A stretch of DNA of 64,000 nucleotides from Podarcis erhardii. Lineage: Eukaryota. Of this stretch, positions 37,101 through 48,453 are shown piece by piece. A program made the translations under genes and the position numbers. The stretch is taken from NCBI GenBank assembly GCA_964252035.1, contig OZ176200.1. One strand, written 5' to 3'. Numbering within the stretch: the stretch's first letter is position 1; every line of letters begins with the position of its first letter. The notes under the pieces were generated by a model. It was not told the DNA's origin, did no database searches, and saw only the letters and a program-made list of their open reading frames with translations.

Positions 37101-40100
37101 CTTATTCATTCTCATGCATATTGGGTAGGATGTCACAAGAACTGAATAATCTCTTTTGTACATAGAGATGTTTTCCACTAGTGAGAGTGACTTCGTTTTG
37201 CATGTGTACCATCATTCTCACAGATGTACTTTAAGCAGCTAGTTTTACAGCAATCAGGTGCATGGTTTGATTTGGGAATCTCCTACCATATTGGTCTAAG
37301 CATTTTGCCCTGAAAAATGCTTAAACTAGTGCAGTGTTTAAGAGATGAGATTTTATTTATAAGTCTAAATTGACATCGTGTTTTCTGGTGAGCTTTGCTT
37401 TGAGGAGTCAGAAACTGCAGCCTAGCTGACATAAGTGTCAAGCCACTTGGCTCTGTGCTGCTTGGATCTTCATTAGGACAGTTACAGTGTAATTGGGAAT
37501 CTCCATGGGTGCACTGATATGCCCATTTAACTTCTTCGTTTGTTAATAAGGTATCATTACCTACTGAGATATAAATAAGTGGGGAAATGGTGGCACTCTC
37601 CTTGATGTCAGTGTAAAGGCTGGAGCAAGCTGTCAGTCCACTTTGCTTCCTGAGTGGTGCATGCTACAACTGTGTTGAGAACTGTTTTCATTATTGAGCA
37701 ATTCTTTGAAATGAGATAATATGCAGTTCTTTAAGTTTGTGTATCCATCTTGTGCTCTCCAAGTGAGGCCCCCATACACGGCGAGGCCCCCATCATATCT
37801 TCCACTCAGAAAAAGTGGGAAAAGATTTGTCCTACCACTCACATACCAGGAGTATCACATATTTGTTTAACCCATGAAAAATGTAAAACATTTGAGTACA
37901 AAGATCAATCCTTTACTTTAGCAAAAACCATTCCACTTGGATCTGCAAGCAATTCCCCAGCTTTTGCTCATGACTCTTAAGAAACATATTAAGTTTTCAA
38001 AAGCCATCTTCAGGCATTATGAAAACAGAGTGAACACACAAGGAGGGAAGTGTTGGGATAAGCAATTTAGTCTTCTTATTTTTGTCATCTTCTCATGGAA
38101 GGCGACCATCTAGCAGTGAGCCTCTTGAATCCACAAAGGCTCCATACCCATTTTGGAACCAGATTACAGCAATGCAGATATGTGGGGCTGTCCTTTCAGG
38201 CTGTCCGAATACTGCCACAAGGCTGCCAACAGGGACTAGGTGTTGCCATCACATCCCACCAGTGTTTTAAAAGCTGTGCTGTCTCCTGGTCTGTCACCAG
38301 GCTCAAGTCAAAGTGGTGGTGTTTTCCTCGAAAGTCCTGCATGGCCTAGAACTAATGTATCTGAAGGGCTGCTTGAGTCCATATCAGCCTCGTTAGTTAG
38401 GATAATCATCAAAGGTCATTCTGTCCCTCAAGCTCCACATATCTGAGGTGCAGTTGGAAGCAATGGCAGGGCCTTCTGGTGGTACCCTGAACACGCTCTG
38501 TAGCTGCCTTGCCCAGCACTCTTCTCTTTTTGATATCAGGCCCTTTAATCAGTCTGTCTTAATCTTATGCAAATTTACAGCAGTGATGGGGAACCTGTGG
38601 TTTTTGCAGGGCCAAGGTGACACGGGCTGAGGGGAGATATAGTCCAACAACAACTGGAGGACCGATTTCCCTACCCCTGATCTAGTCTGTCTTAATTTTT
38701 CTTTACTGTTAGTTTTTATTTAAAGGAGTGGAAATGTATTAACCATGTTAGAACTTTGGGAAAAGAGGCAGACTTCAGCATAGCTGAAAGTTCTGTGCAG
38801 TACTCAGGCCTCAGTTGAGTTTTAGGAGTGGTTCTGTATAAATTTTGTTGTTGTTGTTCACAGAGTTCTTGGCTGGAGGGCAACGTTACCCTTGCCACTG
38901 CCACCACAAGAAAATACAGAAATAGATGATGGAGGAAAGGGGACAGATTCTGGAAAGTTTCTGGATCCTTTCTGTTGAGCTGGGCATTAACATGCTTCCA
39001 TTAAAATCAAGGACTTTTTAATCCTCAGGAGCAGAATGCCACATATGTCATATCAACCTATGAGTAAAGCAAACTAATTGTAAGAGCCAGAGAGTTTCGA
39101 AGGAGGAACAGGTGTGTGACAAAGACTTTGGTTTCACAAAAAAAAATTTAATTCACATGCAACACAAGAGTTAATCCAAGACACAGATACAGACTAAAAA
39201 TACAAGGACATTTTTACATTCAAGTTGTTAGAAGGTTTAGTTTCAAACACCAGTTTGAAAAAGGAAATCTTGCCATGTGCAGGAATTTCACTAAAAGAGC
39301 ACCTAAAAAAACAATGGTGGGAAACCTTTGTTCCTCCAGAAGCTGCCGAACTACAGCTTCCATCACCCCTGGGCCACTGACTATGCTGGCTGGGGCTGAT
39401 GGGAGTTGGAGCCCAACAGGACTTGGAGGACCACAGGTATATTGGCTTATTAGGTAAATTTTTAAAAACTAAAGTTCTTACATTCATTCCCTACGAGTCC
39501 CATTGAGTCATGAAATCCATGGATACATTCCACCCCTACTCCAAATTCAGCACAGAGAAGGAAATACGATATTCCTGAGTTCACTGCCTCCATACCAGGC
39601 ACAAGCAAGCATTATGATGCATGCACTGTAATTTAGCCAGCAATGCGAGGCAAAAGACATTAAGGCGCATCGCTTAAGATCCGTTTTGCACCTTCCTCGC
39701 TGGAATACAGTAGAGCTGTTTCTTCAAAGGTCCACAGTATGTAAGGTGTTTGCACCCTGCATTGGGCAGGCATGCAGGGATGAGAGCTCAATGCTACCTG
39801 TCATTTATGAAGAGCTGCATTAGCAGGAGGAGGGGAATTTTGTAACATTTCCTTCTTAAACTTTATGACGCTTCATGTACCAACTAAGTACCAACTATGT
39901 ACCAGCTAAACACACTATAGAGGAGCCCCACCCATCTTTCTGACTGTATTCTCACTGCAAGAGATTATTTCACTGAAATATGGCAAAGGGCAGAGATGTC
40001 AAAAGCAGCCATTTGTGAAGTACAATGAAGCTTCCAATTACATGTTAAGAGCGAGTGAAGGATGCACCAAAGCACAGATGCGAGCGTTTGAAAAATACAT

Positions 40101-40218
40101 GTTTGTAAAGTATAATGAACAACTACTACCACAGGTAAGTGAGAAACAGTGCAGAGAGCAGATGGAAAGTTCACCTTTCCTGTCTTGCTAATAAATTAAA
40201 ATCTGTATAAAGCAAGGA

Positions 40219-40224
40219 TTTATT
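40219..40224 (-). terminator. Candidate KIF18A polyadenylation signal AATAAA
   Basis: tttatt on the + strand, 14 nt after the stop codon, followed by T-rich sequence on the minus strand. Confidence 0.45.
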
Positions 40225-40238
40225 TCAATGTAGGTAAT

Positions 40239-40354
40239 TTAAAATGCTTTTTTGGATGTCTTGAGTTTCGTGTCTAAGGTTGCATTTTCCTTGCCGTTGT
40301 TTCTGACACGTTTTCTAAGCACTTCATTTTGCTTCCAGCTTCTTGTTCTAGTTT
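40239..40354 (-). CDS. KIF18A: Probable KIF18A terminal coding exon, (E)TRTRSWKQNEVLRKRVRNNGKENATLDTKLKTSKKAF*
   Basis: Acceptor aattttttgttccatag| with phase 1, completing GAA (E) as in human. Loose similarity to human EHKRN...MVRKFGRNISKGN. AATAAA follows shortly after the TAA. Confidence 0.72.
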
Positions 40355-41145
40355 CTATGGAACAAAAAATTAGCCATGTTAAAGAGAGACACAGATACTA
40401 CTGCTTTGATTATGTTTATTATTTCCCTAAATGTTAAGGAACAGAACAGGGCAGACGTAGGACTACTATTACTATATCATCATCGTTGTTATTGTTGTTA
40501 TTATTATTATTTAAATGACATTAACTATATGCTTGAACTGTTAACTTCTCATTTTTTAATATTGCTATAAATGCTGGCTGCATCTGATAAGTGTCTGAAA
40601 AATGCTGCTAACATATTGTTTTACTTACTGTATTTTTGTTTTACTCCATAAACCACTCAGAGAACCGTGAATGGCTAATCAGTGTCTTAGCCAAGCAATA
40701 ACTTGTAGTATCCTGTGGCTCAGAAAGTTTTCAAAACTTACCACACATAACTAATATGAGGCTCAGCTCCACCTAATGAATAGTTTGAGTCACACCTTTC
40801 TCAGACTGAAGCACTAAGTTCAGATAAGGGATTTTTTATATCTGACGTCAGCATCAAGCAACATAGTGTTAAGGTTCAAAGAGAAGCGTTTGCTCAACAG
40901 TAAAAGGCAACAGAAGAGGCTGATTCCTGATCCTGGCACTGTGCTCCTCTGCCTGTTCCCTTTGAAGCCTGACATTTTAATCACCTGATGCCACATGACA
41001 GTCAAGTGGGAGACCCTGCCCACTTTTCAAAAACGGCTCCTGGCAAGTGGGCCAGTTCTGGATCTGTGCTCCCAGGCTGAAAGAGGTTCTCCACCCCTGC
41101 ACACAGAACAAGCACAAGCATGTGCCTTGGAATATTGATAGGGTG

Positions 41146-41177
<32 letters not shown>

Positions 41178-41775
41178 TGTGTGTTTTTGAGATTCTAAGC
41201 ATGTCTAATGCGCTCCCAGCTTCTAAATTAGGAATTCAATTACATGATTCTTTAACAATACAATTACAGTAATTGATGCTGGTATCCTTTATTACCTAAC
41301 ATTTGGTACAAATAATTAACACGAAGATAGCATTGTGCAAAGTACTGATAACACTGTATTCGGCTTCTATTAGCTCCGGGGAACGCTACGTGCAGCACTT
41401 CACCAGCTGCATAACAGAAAGAGAACATTAATTTTGCCTGGAGGAAGGGTGGTTAAAAGGACAAGAGGTAGCAAAAAGGCAATTGTTTGGGGACCTCTAG
41501 AGTATGTGAGCCAGAGAGCTGATATTGCCCAAATCAAGCTTTCATTGTAAATGCACAGATGCAATTGGAACCATGATGGAGGCAAAGGCAACCTGTGGCA
41601 TGCATAGCCCCACATCAGCAAAACTCATGATATCCTTGGCTAATTTAAAACTGGCTTCCCTGCCATAACCATGCTGCCCAGGGAAATGTCCTGCCTCTGC
41701 ATTCCCCACCACACAAAAAGGTGTCCAAAGAAGTCACTGTTACTGCTGGCAGGAGTGGCTGGGGCCGTGCACCAA

Positions 41776-42238
41776 AGCAATGATTCTTAAACATCAACTT
41801 CATTGGACATGTTGTGCGGATGCCTGCTTATCGTCTTCCAAAGCAACTACTCTATTCTGAACTTAAAAATGGAAAGCATAATGCTGGTGGTCAACAAAAG
41901 AGATTTAAAGACTCTCTCAACGCAAATTTTAAGAAATGTAGTATAAACACCAGCAATTGGAAAACACTGGTCTGTGAGCGCTCCAGTTGGAGAACAGCCT
42001 TTACCAAAGGTGTCATGGGTTTTGAAGACAGTCAAACTCAGGAGAGGGAGAAACATGCTAAGAGGAAGACACGCTTGGCAAATCCACACCATGACCAACT
42101 CCCACCCAGAAACCAATGTCTCCACTGTGGAAGGACGTGTGGATCCAGAATTGGCCTCCAGTCACTTACGGACTCATTGTTAAAACCGTGTTTATGGAAG
42201 ATAATCTTACTTGGCTACAAGTGATCGCTAAAGAAGAA
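41776..42238 (+). mobile_element. RTE-clade (non-BovB) LINE 3' fragment in the last KIF18A intron
   Basis: RMPAYRLPKQLLYSEL...GGQQKRFKDSL...ERSSWR...CLHCGRTCGSRIGL..H motifs and a (GAA)n-like end. Confidence 0.85.
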
Positions 42239-42772
42239 GGTGCGTCCACCCACTCTTGACCTCACCACCGCCCTGCCCCGTGCCGGTAAGCTACAATGCC
42301 ACCACTGTCAGAGAGTGGCAGCATGGCACTGCCCCTCTGCTCCTGCCTATCACTGCTCTGGATTCAAAAAATATATGGGGCATGGCTATGATGGTTAGCA
42401 CCAAGGAGGCGGAGAGATCACAGAAAAGAGGTGACGGAAGCTAGGAAAGAACCTGCCAGAAGGATCTAATGAGACACTGAAAAATTGTGGAAGGGTGTGG
42501 CAAAGAATTCGGCAGCTCCACCTTTTGCCACAGCTATGATGGGAACTGCCCACAAGCCACTGCATGGTGAGGAAGACAACAAACAGCTCCAGGGTTTATG
42601 CTCTTCCAAACAGATGGATGAACTACTAGAAAACATCCAGGCTGTTTAGTGTCACCGGTAGGGGTAGGTAAAAGTGGGAAGATGTACATACAGTCCTGAA
42701 GTAAGGGAGATTATGTAGTTCTGAGAATACTGTCAATCCCCTTTTGGGCTATTTGGCTCCTCTTTCCCTATA

Positions 42773-42944
42773 CAGTTGGCCCTCCGGATATGAACTTAAT
42801 TGGTTCTGGGGGTCCTGAAAAGTCCACATGTAGAGGCACCACTTCTGCACACGGCGAAACCTGGAAGTACACACTTCCGGGTTTGCCACGTTCGCAACCT
42901 GAAAGTTACATTACCCGAAAGTAATGTAACCCAAGGGTCCACTG
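42773..42944. mobile_element. Tigger-like MITE
   Basis: cagttggccctcc / agggtccactg ends with TA flanks; internal palindrome aaacctggaagt...acttccgggttt. Confidence 0.75.
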
Positions 42945-43163
42945 TATTAAAACATGGAACCGACTAAGAGTTTCTTAAGGAGTAACTTTTTCACTCAATT
43001 TAACTGAGTAGCTAAAGTATATCGACCCAGCTGTACATCTAAATCACCACAGCAAAAGACTAAGAAAAATGGTAAATATCAGCCCACAATCTTGGCGCTC
43101 CTCCATAGCTACCTACTGCTCAAGTTTGGATATAATCACTGAAAATTGTAATTTGATACTTAC

Positions 43164-43273
43164 CTGTTGATTTAGGGACTCTTAGAGCTTTATAACTTAA
43201 CATGCTGTCTTGTTTAATACGCTTTGCAGTTGTATGACCATGCTGATTTGTAATGTCGCTGTTCGATACTGAA
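43164..43273 (-). CDS. KIF18A: KIF18A penultimate exon (110 nt, phase 2-1), SVSNSDITNQHGHTTAKRIKQDSMLSYKALRVPKST
   Basis: Acceptor ctttttcttacag| and donor CAG|gtaagt. It resembles human STSNSS...AKRVRQD and the phase fits. Confidence 0.9.
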
Positions 43274-43850
43274 CTGTAAGAAAAAGTTATAACAAGTTTG
43301 CTTTTAGCGCAGTGAAGCTGGCATGCTTAGTTTTTGGTTTTTGGAACACAACATCTAAAAGTATATTAGATTGAGGACCACGTGTGTGACTAATTTACTA
43401 CAAGAAAGATCCACCACAGATATACTTGTATGGATTGTGGCTATTTCTTCTCCTGGTCCTAAGAAAAGCTGAACAAGTATGATTCAAATTATATTTCTGG
43501 TTTGTGTCTGTGCATTTGTTTCCCAGTGTGATGGAATAGGACTTTCAGCTATTCTGTGCTGGGTTTTTGGTTGTAAAACCTGAGTTGTAATAATGGTTGT
43601 GCTTTGCTTTAAAGCTCCCGTATAGGAAGGTCAATAGTTCGCAGGTAGGCTCAAAGAAAATAGGAAATGTTCAGCTCAGGAAGTTCTGCACAGGAGCATT
43701 GAAAATTCAGCGTAGGAACCTGGCAATGAAAGGTTAGTCAAAAACTAATCAGGAGTTTACTCCTGGGAGTCTATTCTCCTGATTCATTAAAGGTTTAGGA
43801 GAGGGGAAAGGATCAAGAAATGATGCTTAACCTTATAACTGCTGTTAAGA

Positions 43851-43899
43851 TTGTTGTTGTTGTTTAGTCGTGTCCGACTCTTCGTGACCCCATGGACCA
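43851..43899 (-). mobile_element. BovB 3' tail remnant
   Basis: gttgttgttgtttagtcgtgtccgactcttcgtgaccccatggacc, nearly identical to the 3' end of the full-length copy. Confidence 0.85.
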
Positions 43900-43984
43900 C
43901 GTGGTTTTTTAAAAATGTGGGCATTGTACCTCCTGTAAATATGCTCTGCAGGTAAAAGAGTTTAACAACCAAGCAGGCTTTAAG

Positions 43985-44221
43985 TTCATTTTACAGGCAT
44001 TTGCCACAAGTGCTACTCCACGTGTAATTTACGTGATTAGATATCCCTGTGGATTGTTGTATGTAGGTCATACTCTCAGACCTATCAAAGTAAGACTATC
44101 AGAACACCGATCTAGGATCAGGAACAATGTAATAGATGCTCCTTTAGTGCAACATTTTATTGAAGCATCTCATTCTGATGAGGATTTGACATTTTTTGTA
44201 ATTTGGACGTATTCAGGTCCT
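43985..44221 (+). mobile_element. Penelope-like element GIY-YIG endonuclease fragment
   Basis: VIYVIRYPCGLLYVGHTLRPIKVRLSEHRSRIRN...PLVQHF is a GIY-YIG (Uri) signature. Confidence 0.85.
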
Positions 44222-44303
44222 GTAAGGTAAAGGTAAAGGGACCCCTGACCATTAGGTCCAGTTGTGACCGACTCTGGGGTTGCGGCGTTCATCTCACTTT
44301 ATT
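44222..44303 (-). mobile_element. Sauria SINE 3' fragment
   Basis: aggtaaaggtaaagggacccctgaccattaggtccag...ctctggggttgcggcg. Confidence 0.88.
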
Positions 44304-44458
44304 GAGATATATGGGGTGGGGTGTCCAACAGAAGATCAAGTCATGAGGACTACTGGATTGGGGTAATGTTCCTGCCTCCTACTAAACCACAGCACTGACA
44401 CACCAGGAACCCATTTCACAGATGGGGAAAACAGCAATGAACCTGAAGCATGACTTAC

Positions 44459-44536
44459 CTTAATAACTTCCTTTTCCTCTCAGCGGCAGATGTCATTGCC
44501 ATATAAGATGGCTTATTATGTATGGGGTCTGGCTGC
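44459..44536 (-). CDS. KIF18A: KIF18A coding exon (78 nt, phase 2-2), QPDPIHNKPSYMAMTSAAERKRKLL
   Basis: Acceptor ttgttaaatag| and donor AG|gtaagt. It matches human PSYMAMTTAAKRKRKL (tail basic/NLS region). Confidence 0.94.
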
Positions 44537-45024
44537 CTATTTAACAATGGAGCGACAGCAAGTCTGAAATAACAGCAAGGGGGGGGGGGGGAAGTAGTTG
44601 TGAAAAATCCAGAATATTTATTTAAAACAAAAGCCACAAATTCTACAAATAATCTTGCATTCCAAAAAGTGTTGGTATTAAAACAAAATATGCAATGGAA
44701 GGATATTTTATTTGCATAGCTTTTAAAAATCCAGAAATTGCCAGTACTGACGCTTGAATGTCTGTTTTCACTGGAGGATCTGTTCTGCAATACTTTCAAT
44801 GGAAATACCCTGGTTTCACCTGGAATTGGGCCAGGATGAGAAATTTGCACAGGAATCAGCAGTTGACACTGCTGGGTACCTGCAAAGGCCGATGCTCCAA
44901 CAGGTGCCCTACTGCCAACTTCTGGAACCCTATGACCTTGCTAATGCTGAACATTTTCTTACAGCAGTGCCCTGAAACTCTGTGGTTTACACCCAGGGTC
45001 CACTCTAGTACAGTAACCTGATTA

Positions 45025-46200
45025 GCTAGCCAGGTGCTTCCAGGAAGCCCACAAGCAGCACTTGAAGGCAACAGAACTCTTCTGTTAACATCCTTGCCTA
45101 CAAGAAATTAAGATTTAGAGGCCTACTGCTGCTGAACCTACAGGCTCCATTTTGTCATCATGGTTTCTTTTTTTTGCGACTGATGAGACACAACTGTCAT
45201 GGGTTTATCTCATCCCCTTTCAAAGCCATCAGTGCCAGTGGTGACCACTACATCTTACAAAAATGAATTTCATCTTGTGCATGGGTCTGCACTTTTTACA
45301 GCTCTTCAATGTCATTTTCAAAAAGAGGCTGCCAGTTGTACCTTTGATTTATGTACCGTATTTTTCGCCCCATAGGACGCACCTAGTTTTTTTTTGGGGG
45401 GGGGATAAAGAAAAAAATTTATTCCCCCCCCCCAGGCACTGGGCTGGCGTGGGGGAAGCCCGAGCTTCCCCCGACCCCAGAACAGCCTGCTATCCGCAAG
45501 CCTAGGGAGCCGCGCCGGTCTCCCCAGGCTTGCAGACAGCTCTTTAGCGCGCCTGAGGCTTCGGAATGCAGGCAGCTCTGTGCAACCCTCCAGAGCCCGG
45601 CACGGCTTGGGCTCCGGAGGGTTGCGCAGAGCTTCCTGAAGCCTGGAGAGCCTCTCGCTCTCCAGGCTTCAGCAAAAGCCTGTATTCGCCCCATAGGACG
45701 CACCCACATTTCCCCTTCATTTTTGGAGGGGAAAAAGTGCATCCTATAGGGCGAAAAATACGGTATTTCAATCCTTAGCACATTTCCCATTCTCACCACC
45801 ATAAACGAGCCAACATTTTCAGAGCTGTTTAGAACAACCCCAAGATCTCTTTCCTGAGTACTTACCAGTTCAGAGAGACCACATCAATGAATACGTTGCC
45901 ATGATTTTTTTATTTTGATTTTTTGCCCCAATGTGATTTTGAAATTGAGCCTCACTTGCCATTTTGTTGCCCACCCACTTTGAAGAGATGCTTTTGGAGC
46001 AATTCACAGCCTGCTTTGACTTTCACCAACCTGAATAATTTGGTGTTACCTGCAAGTCTGCCTACAATCCCTGACTCTAGTAGCACAGATCCCAAAATAG
46101 ATCACTGGAGGAACCCAATGCTTCCTTCACTCCATTTTGAAAACAGCTCGGTATTCTACCCTTGCTTCTTCACTTGCCTTATTGTCGTGTTTCGCCAGAC
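45025..46200 (-). mobile_element. CR1 3' fragment interrupted by a MITE
   Basis: RT-region sequence at 45766-46085 and a CR1-type 3' UTR at 45025-45350. Confidence 0.7.
45356..45763. mobile_element. Tc1/mariner Tc2-like MITE (408 bp)
   Basis: About 28-bp TIR ccgtatttttcgccccataggacgcac / gtgcatcctatagggcgaaaaatacgg with TA TSD; CpG-rich interior suggests it is young. Confidence 0.92.
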
Positions 46201-46474
46201 TTTGTGTTCATGGACTGCAGTCCATGAAAGAAAGGAAAAAGGAATCAGCAGGAGGAAACAGCAACACGATCTTTTGGACAAGGCCATACATATTTTAACA
46301 ATTCAGGCACGTCTTTCAGAGGCTTTAAATGCCACAGTTATCTGACATGAGAATGTGAAACAACTGAGGTCACACTAATTGTGCAAAAAGGAAAGAAAGC
46401 AGCTAAACCAATATCAGGATTAAAGTGGCGAGGAAGGAGAGAGGATATTATACCTCCTCTTCCACAGAAAATAC

Positions 46475-46952
46475 CTTTGTAAACTATTGTTGCTGCTGTC
46501 GGTCACCTGCAATTTGCTTTCAGATTCATTGGGAAGGTAGTCTGTACTGCCCATGTTGCTTTCATATAGAGTAACTGTCGAGTTCATGAGGCGCTCTGGA
46601 GTCACGATGCATATGTTATCCCCATGGCTCTCTTGCTTTAATGGCTCCTGAGCCTGTGCAGTGTGACTGTTCATTTCTTGAAGGCCTGCTTCTGCATTTA
46701 ACACTTCCTTTACTACAGTCTCAGTATGCAGGTTCTCCACAGGCTTCTGGCAGCCCTTGGGTGTATACAGAATGGGGTGGAATTCTTTGCTGATGGAATC
46801 CACCAGGTGATTAGGGCTTGGCCGACTGGATTGCTGAGGGCTTTGCGCTGCCATGGGAGACTCCATCAATTTCCGCCTTATTCTTTTGTTAGGAGGTACT
46901 CCGTATTCTGCCTCAAGTTCCACATGGGTCTTCACTTTCTCTGATGGCATAC
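46475..46952 (-). CDS. KIF18A: KIF18A large tail exon (478 nt, phase 1-2), MPSEKV...KRIRRKLMESP...SISKEFHPILYTP...NNSLQ
   Basis: Acceptor gtttcaacttag| and donor AAG|gtattt. It matches human EKRTRRKLMPSP...DSLSKELQPIVYTP. Confidence 0.93.
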
Positions 46953-47180
46953 CTAAGTTGAAACACAGGCAAGAAGAATCACTTAGGTGTGTGTTCTAGG
47001 CTTTGCAGAGAAGAGTAAGAACAGTTCTGTAGAGCTGGATCTAGACCAAGGTAGCTGAGTTTAGGTTTCACTGAAATCAATGGGACAAGTTAGTAGTGAC
47101 TTAACTTTTTTTTTTTTTTTTAAAGTTTTAATGTAATTGTATTACTTTAAGTCACCCTGGTCTCCCTTTGGATTCAAGTA

Positions 47181-47395
47181 CAGTGGTACCCCGGGTTACA
47201 GACACTTCAGGTTACGGACTCCGCTAACCCAGAAACATTACTTCGGCTTAAGAACTTTGCTTCAGGATGAGAACAGAAATTGGGCGGCGGCAGCGGGAGG
47301 CCCCATTAGCTAAAGTGGTACCTCAGGTTAAGAACCGTTTCAGGTTAAGAACGGACCTCCAGAACGAATGAAGTTCTTAACCCGAGGTACCACTG
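47181..47395. mobile_element. Tigger-like MITE, copy 2 of 3
   Basis: TIR cagtggtaccccggg / cccgaggtaccactg with TA flanks. Confidence 0.93.
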
Positions 47396-47779
47396 TACCT
47401 TAGTCTGGATCATTTTAAGCCCTCTCCAAGCTTTCATTTATTTTTTTTGAAATTTGCATTTTATTTATTTGTTAACATTCTTATATTAGATCGGTAAACG
47501 TTATCATATTACATTACAGGACTTACTATAATATAATTTCCTACATGTATACAAAAATTATATACAAATACCTATAAGTGCACCAGCAGCAGTGTGGGAG
47601 AGAAGGAAACAGGGAACTAATATAATAATTTATCAACGCATAACTGTACAGTTGCTGAGGTTAGCATCTTATAAGCCATAATTAAAAGCAGCTGAGCCAG
47701 TACAGAACCATTGTAATAATGGCTGATTGACAGAAAGTATCACACAGTGAAGGAGGCGAGGGCAGTGAGGAACAAGTAG

Positions 47780-48410
47780 GAGAACTTAAGAAGGAAGCAT
47801 AAGAGACCACGGAAAACGGAAGGCGGATTATAGCAGTGGTAGTCTTAATTTCTTGCAGCTCATACACCATAGGCAATGGAAAGCAATACTCGTTTCTGTC
47901 AGATTGGTCTCCATGGATATCAGGCTATGTCTGATACAACATGAAAAAACATCCTTAGAGTGCATAGGAACCCACAATGCATTTTCCAAAAAATATATGT
48001 AAAACACAGAACAGTGCTGGCATTGTGCTCCCCCCTCCAATAACATAGTGCCATATGATATGATCCTGCCTCAAAGTGATGACATTTTGATCAGAGGTAA
48101 CCATAAATATGGTCTTAAACAGATTCCTGAGATGTAAAGAGGTTAGTGTTTTGCTGTATTATTTACTAGTCCTTTGGAACCAGAGAGAGGGAAAACATAA
48201 CTGGCTAATGAAGGTACTCATGGTGGCCAAACACTTGACACTTCAATATTGGAAGGAGAGATCTTCTTCCCGTATAGTACAAGGGATGGAAGACATGAGC
48301 CAACTAGACACTTATGAGAAAGCGACTTTACCTAAGCAGAGGAAGGGTGGGAAATTATTAGACAGATGGACTCCCTACATGGATATGTTTGCATAAATAA
48401 CAAACATCTG
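47780..48410 (+). mobile_element. Degenerate L1 ORF2 C-terminal fragment
   Basis: RLCLIQ...QCWHC...HMI(W)SC.KV..F(W)SEV...AKHLTLQYWK...W.PY motifs across frameshifts. Confidence 0.7.
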
Positions 48411-48453
48411 GCAAGTTGGGATCTCCAACTGAAGCCCTTACCTCTCTACTGTT

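Noticed and set aside
39221-39302. Alternative KIF18A last exon at the ccattgtttttttag acceptor
   Set aside because: The pyrimidine tract abuts a MITE edge and the peptide has no similarity to the human C-terminus. 40239-40354 fits better.
1-39900. BDNF or another recognisable coding gene in the left 40 kb
   Set aside because: No neurotrophin or other known-protein translation was found. Isolated donors (11120, 20660, 21248) lack open, joinable exons.
40060-40134. hAT transposase dimerisation-domain remnant (EKYMFVKYN)
   Set aside because: The diagnostic upstream S..ER.FS motif is missing and no other transposase sequence or TIRs are nearby.
44719-45021. Antisense coding exon suggested by overlapping + ORFs (73 aa, 87 aa) and an acceptor at 44718
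   Set aside because: No frame runs cleanly from acceptor to a good donor and no family is recognisable. Consistent with chance.
47820-48400. Twin-primed (5'-inverted) L1
   Set aside because: On re-translation the CCHC region and the downstream part are both on the + strand, so there is no inversion.
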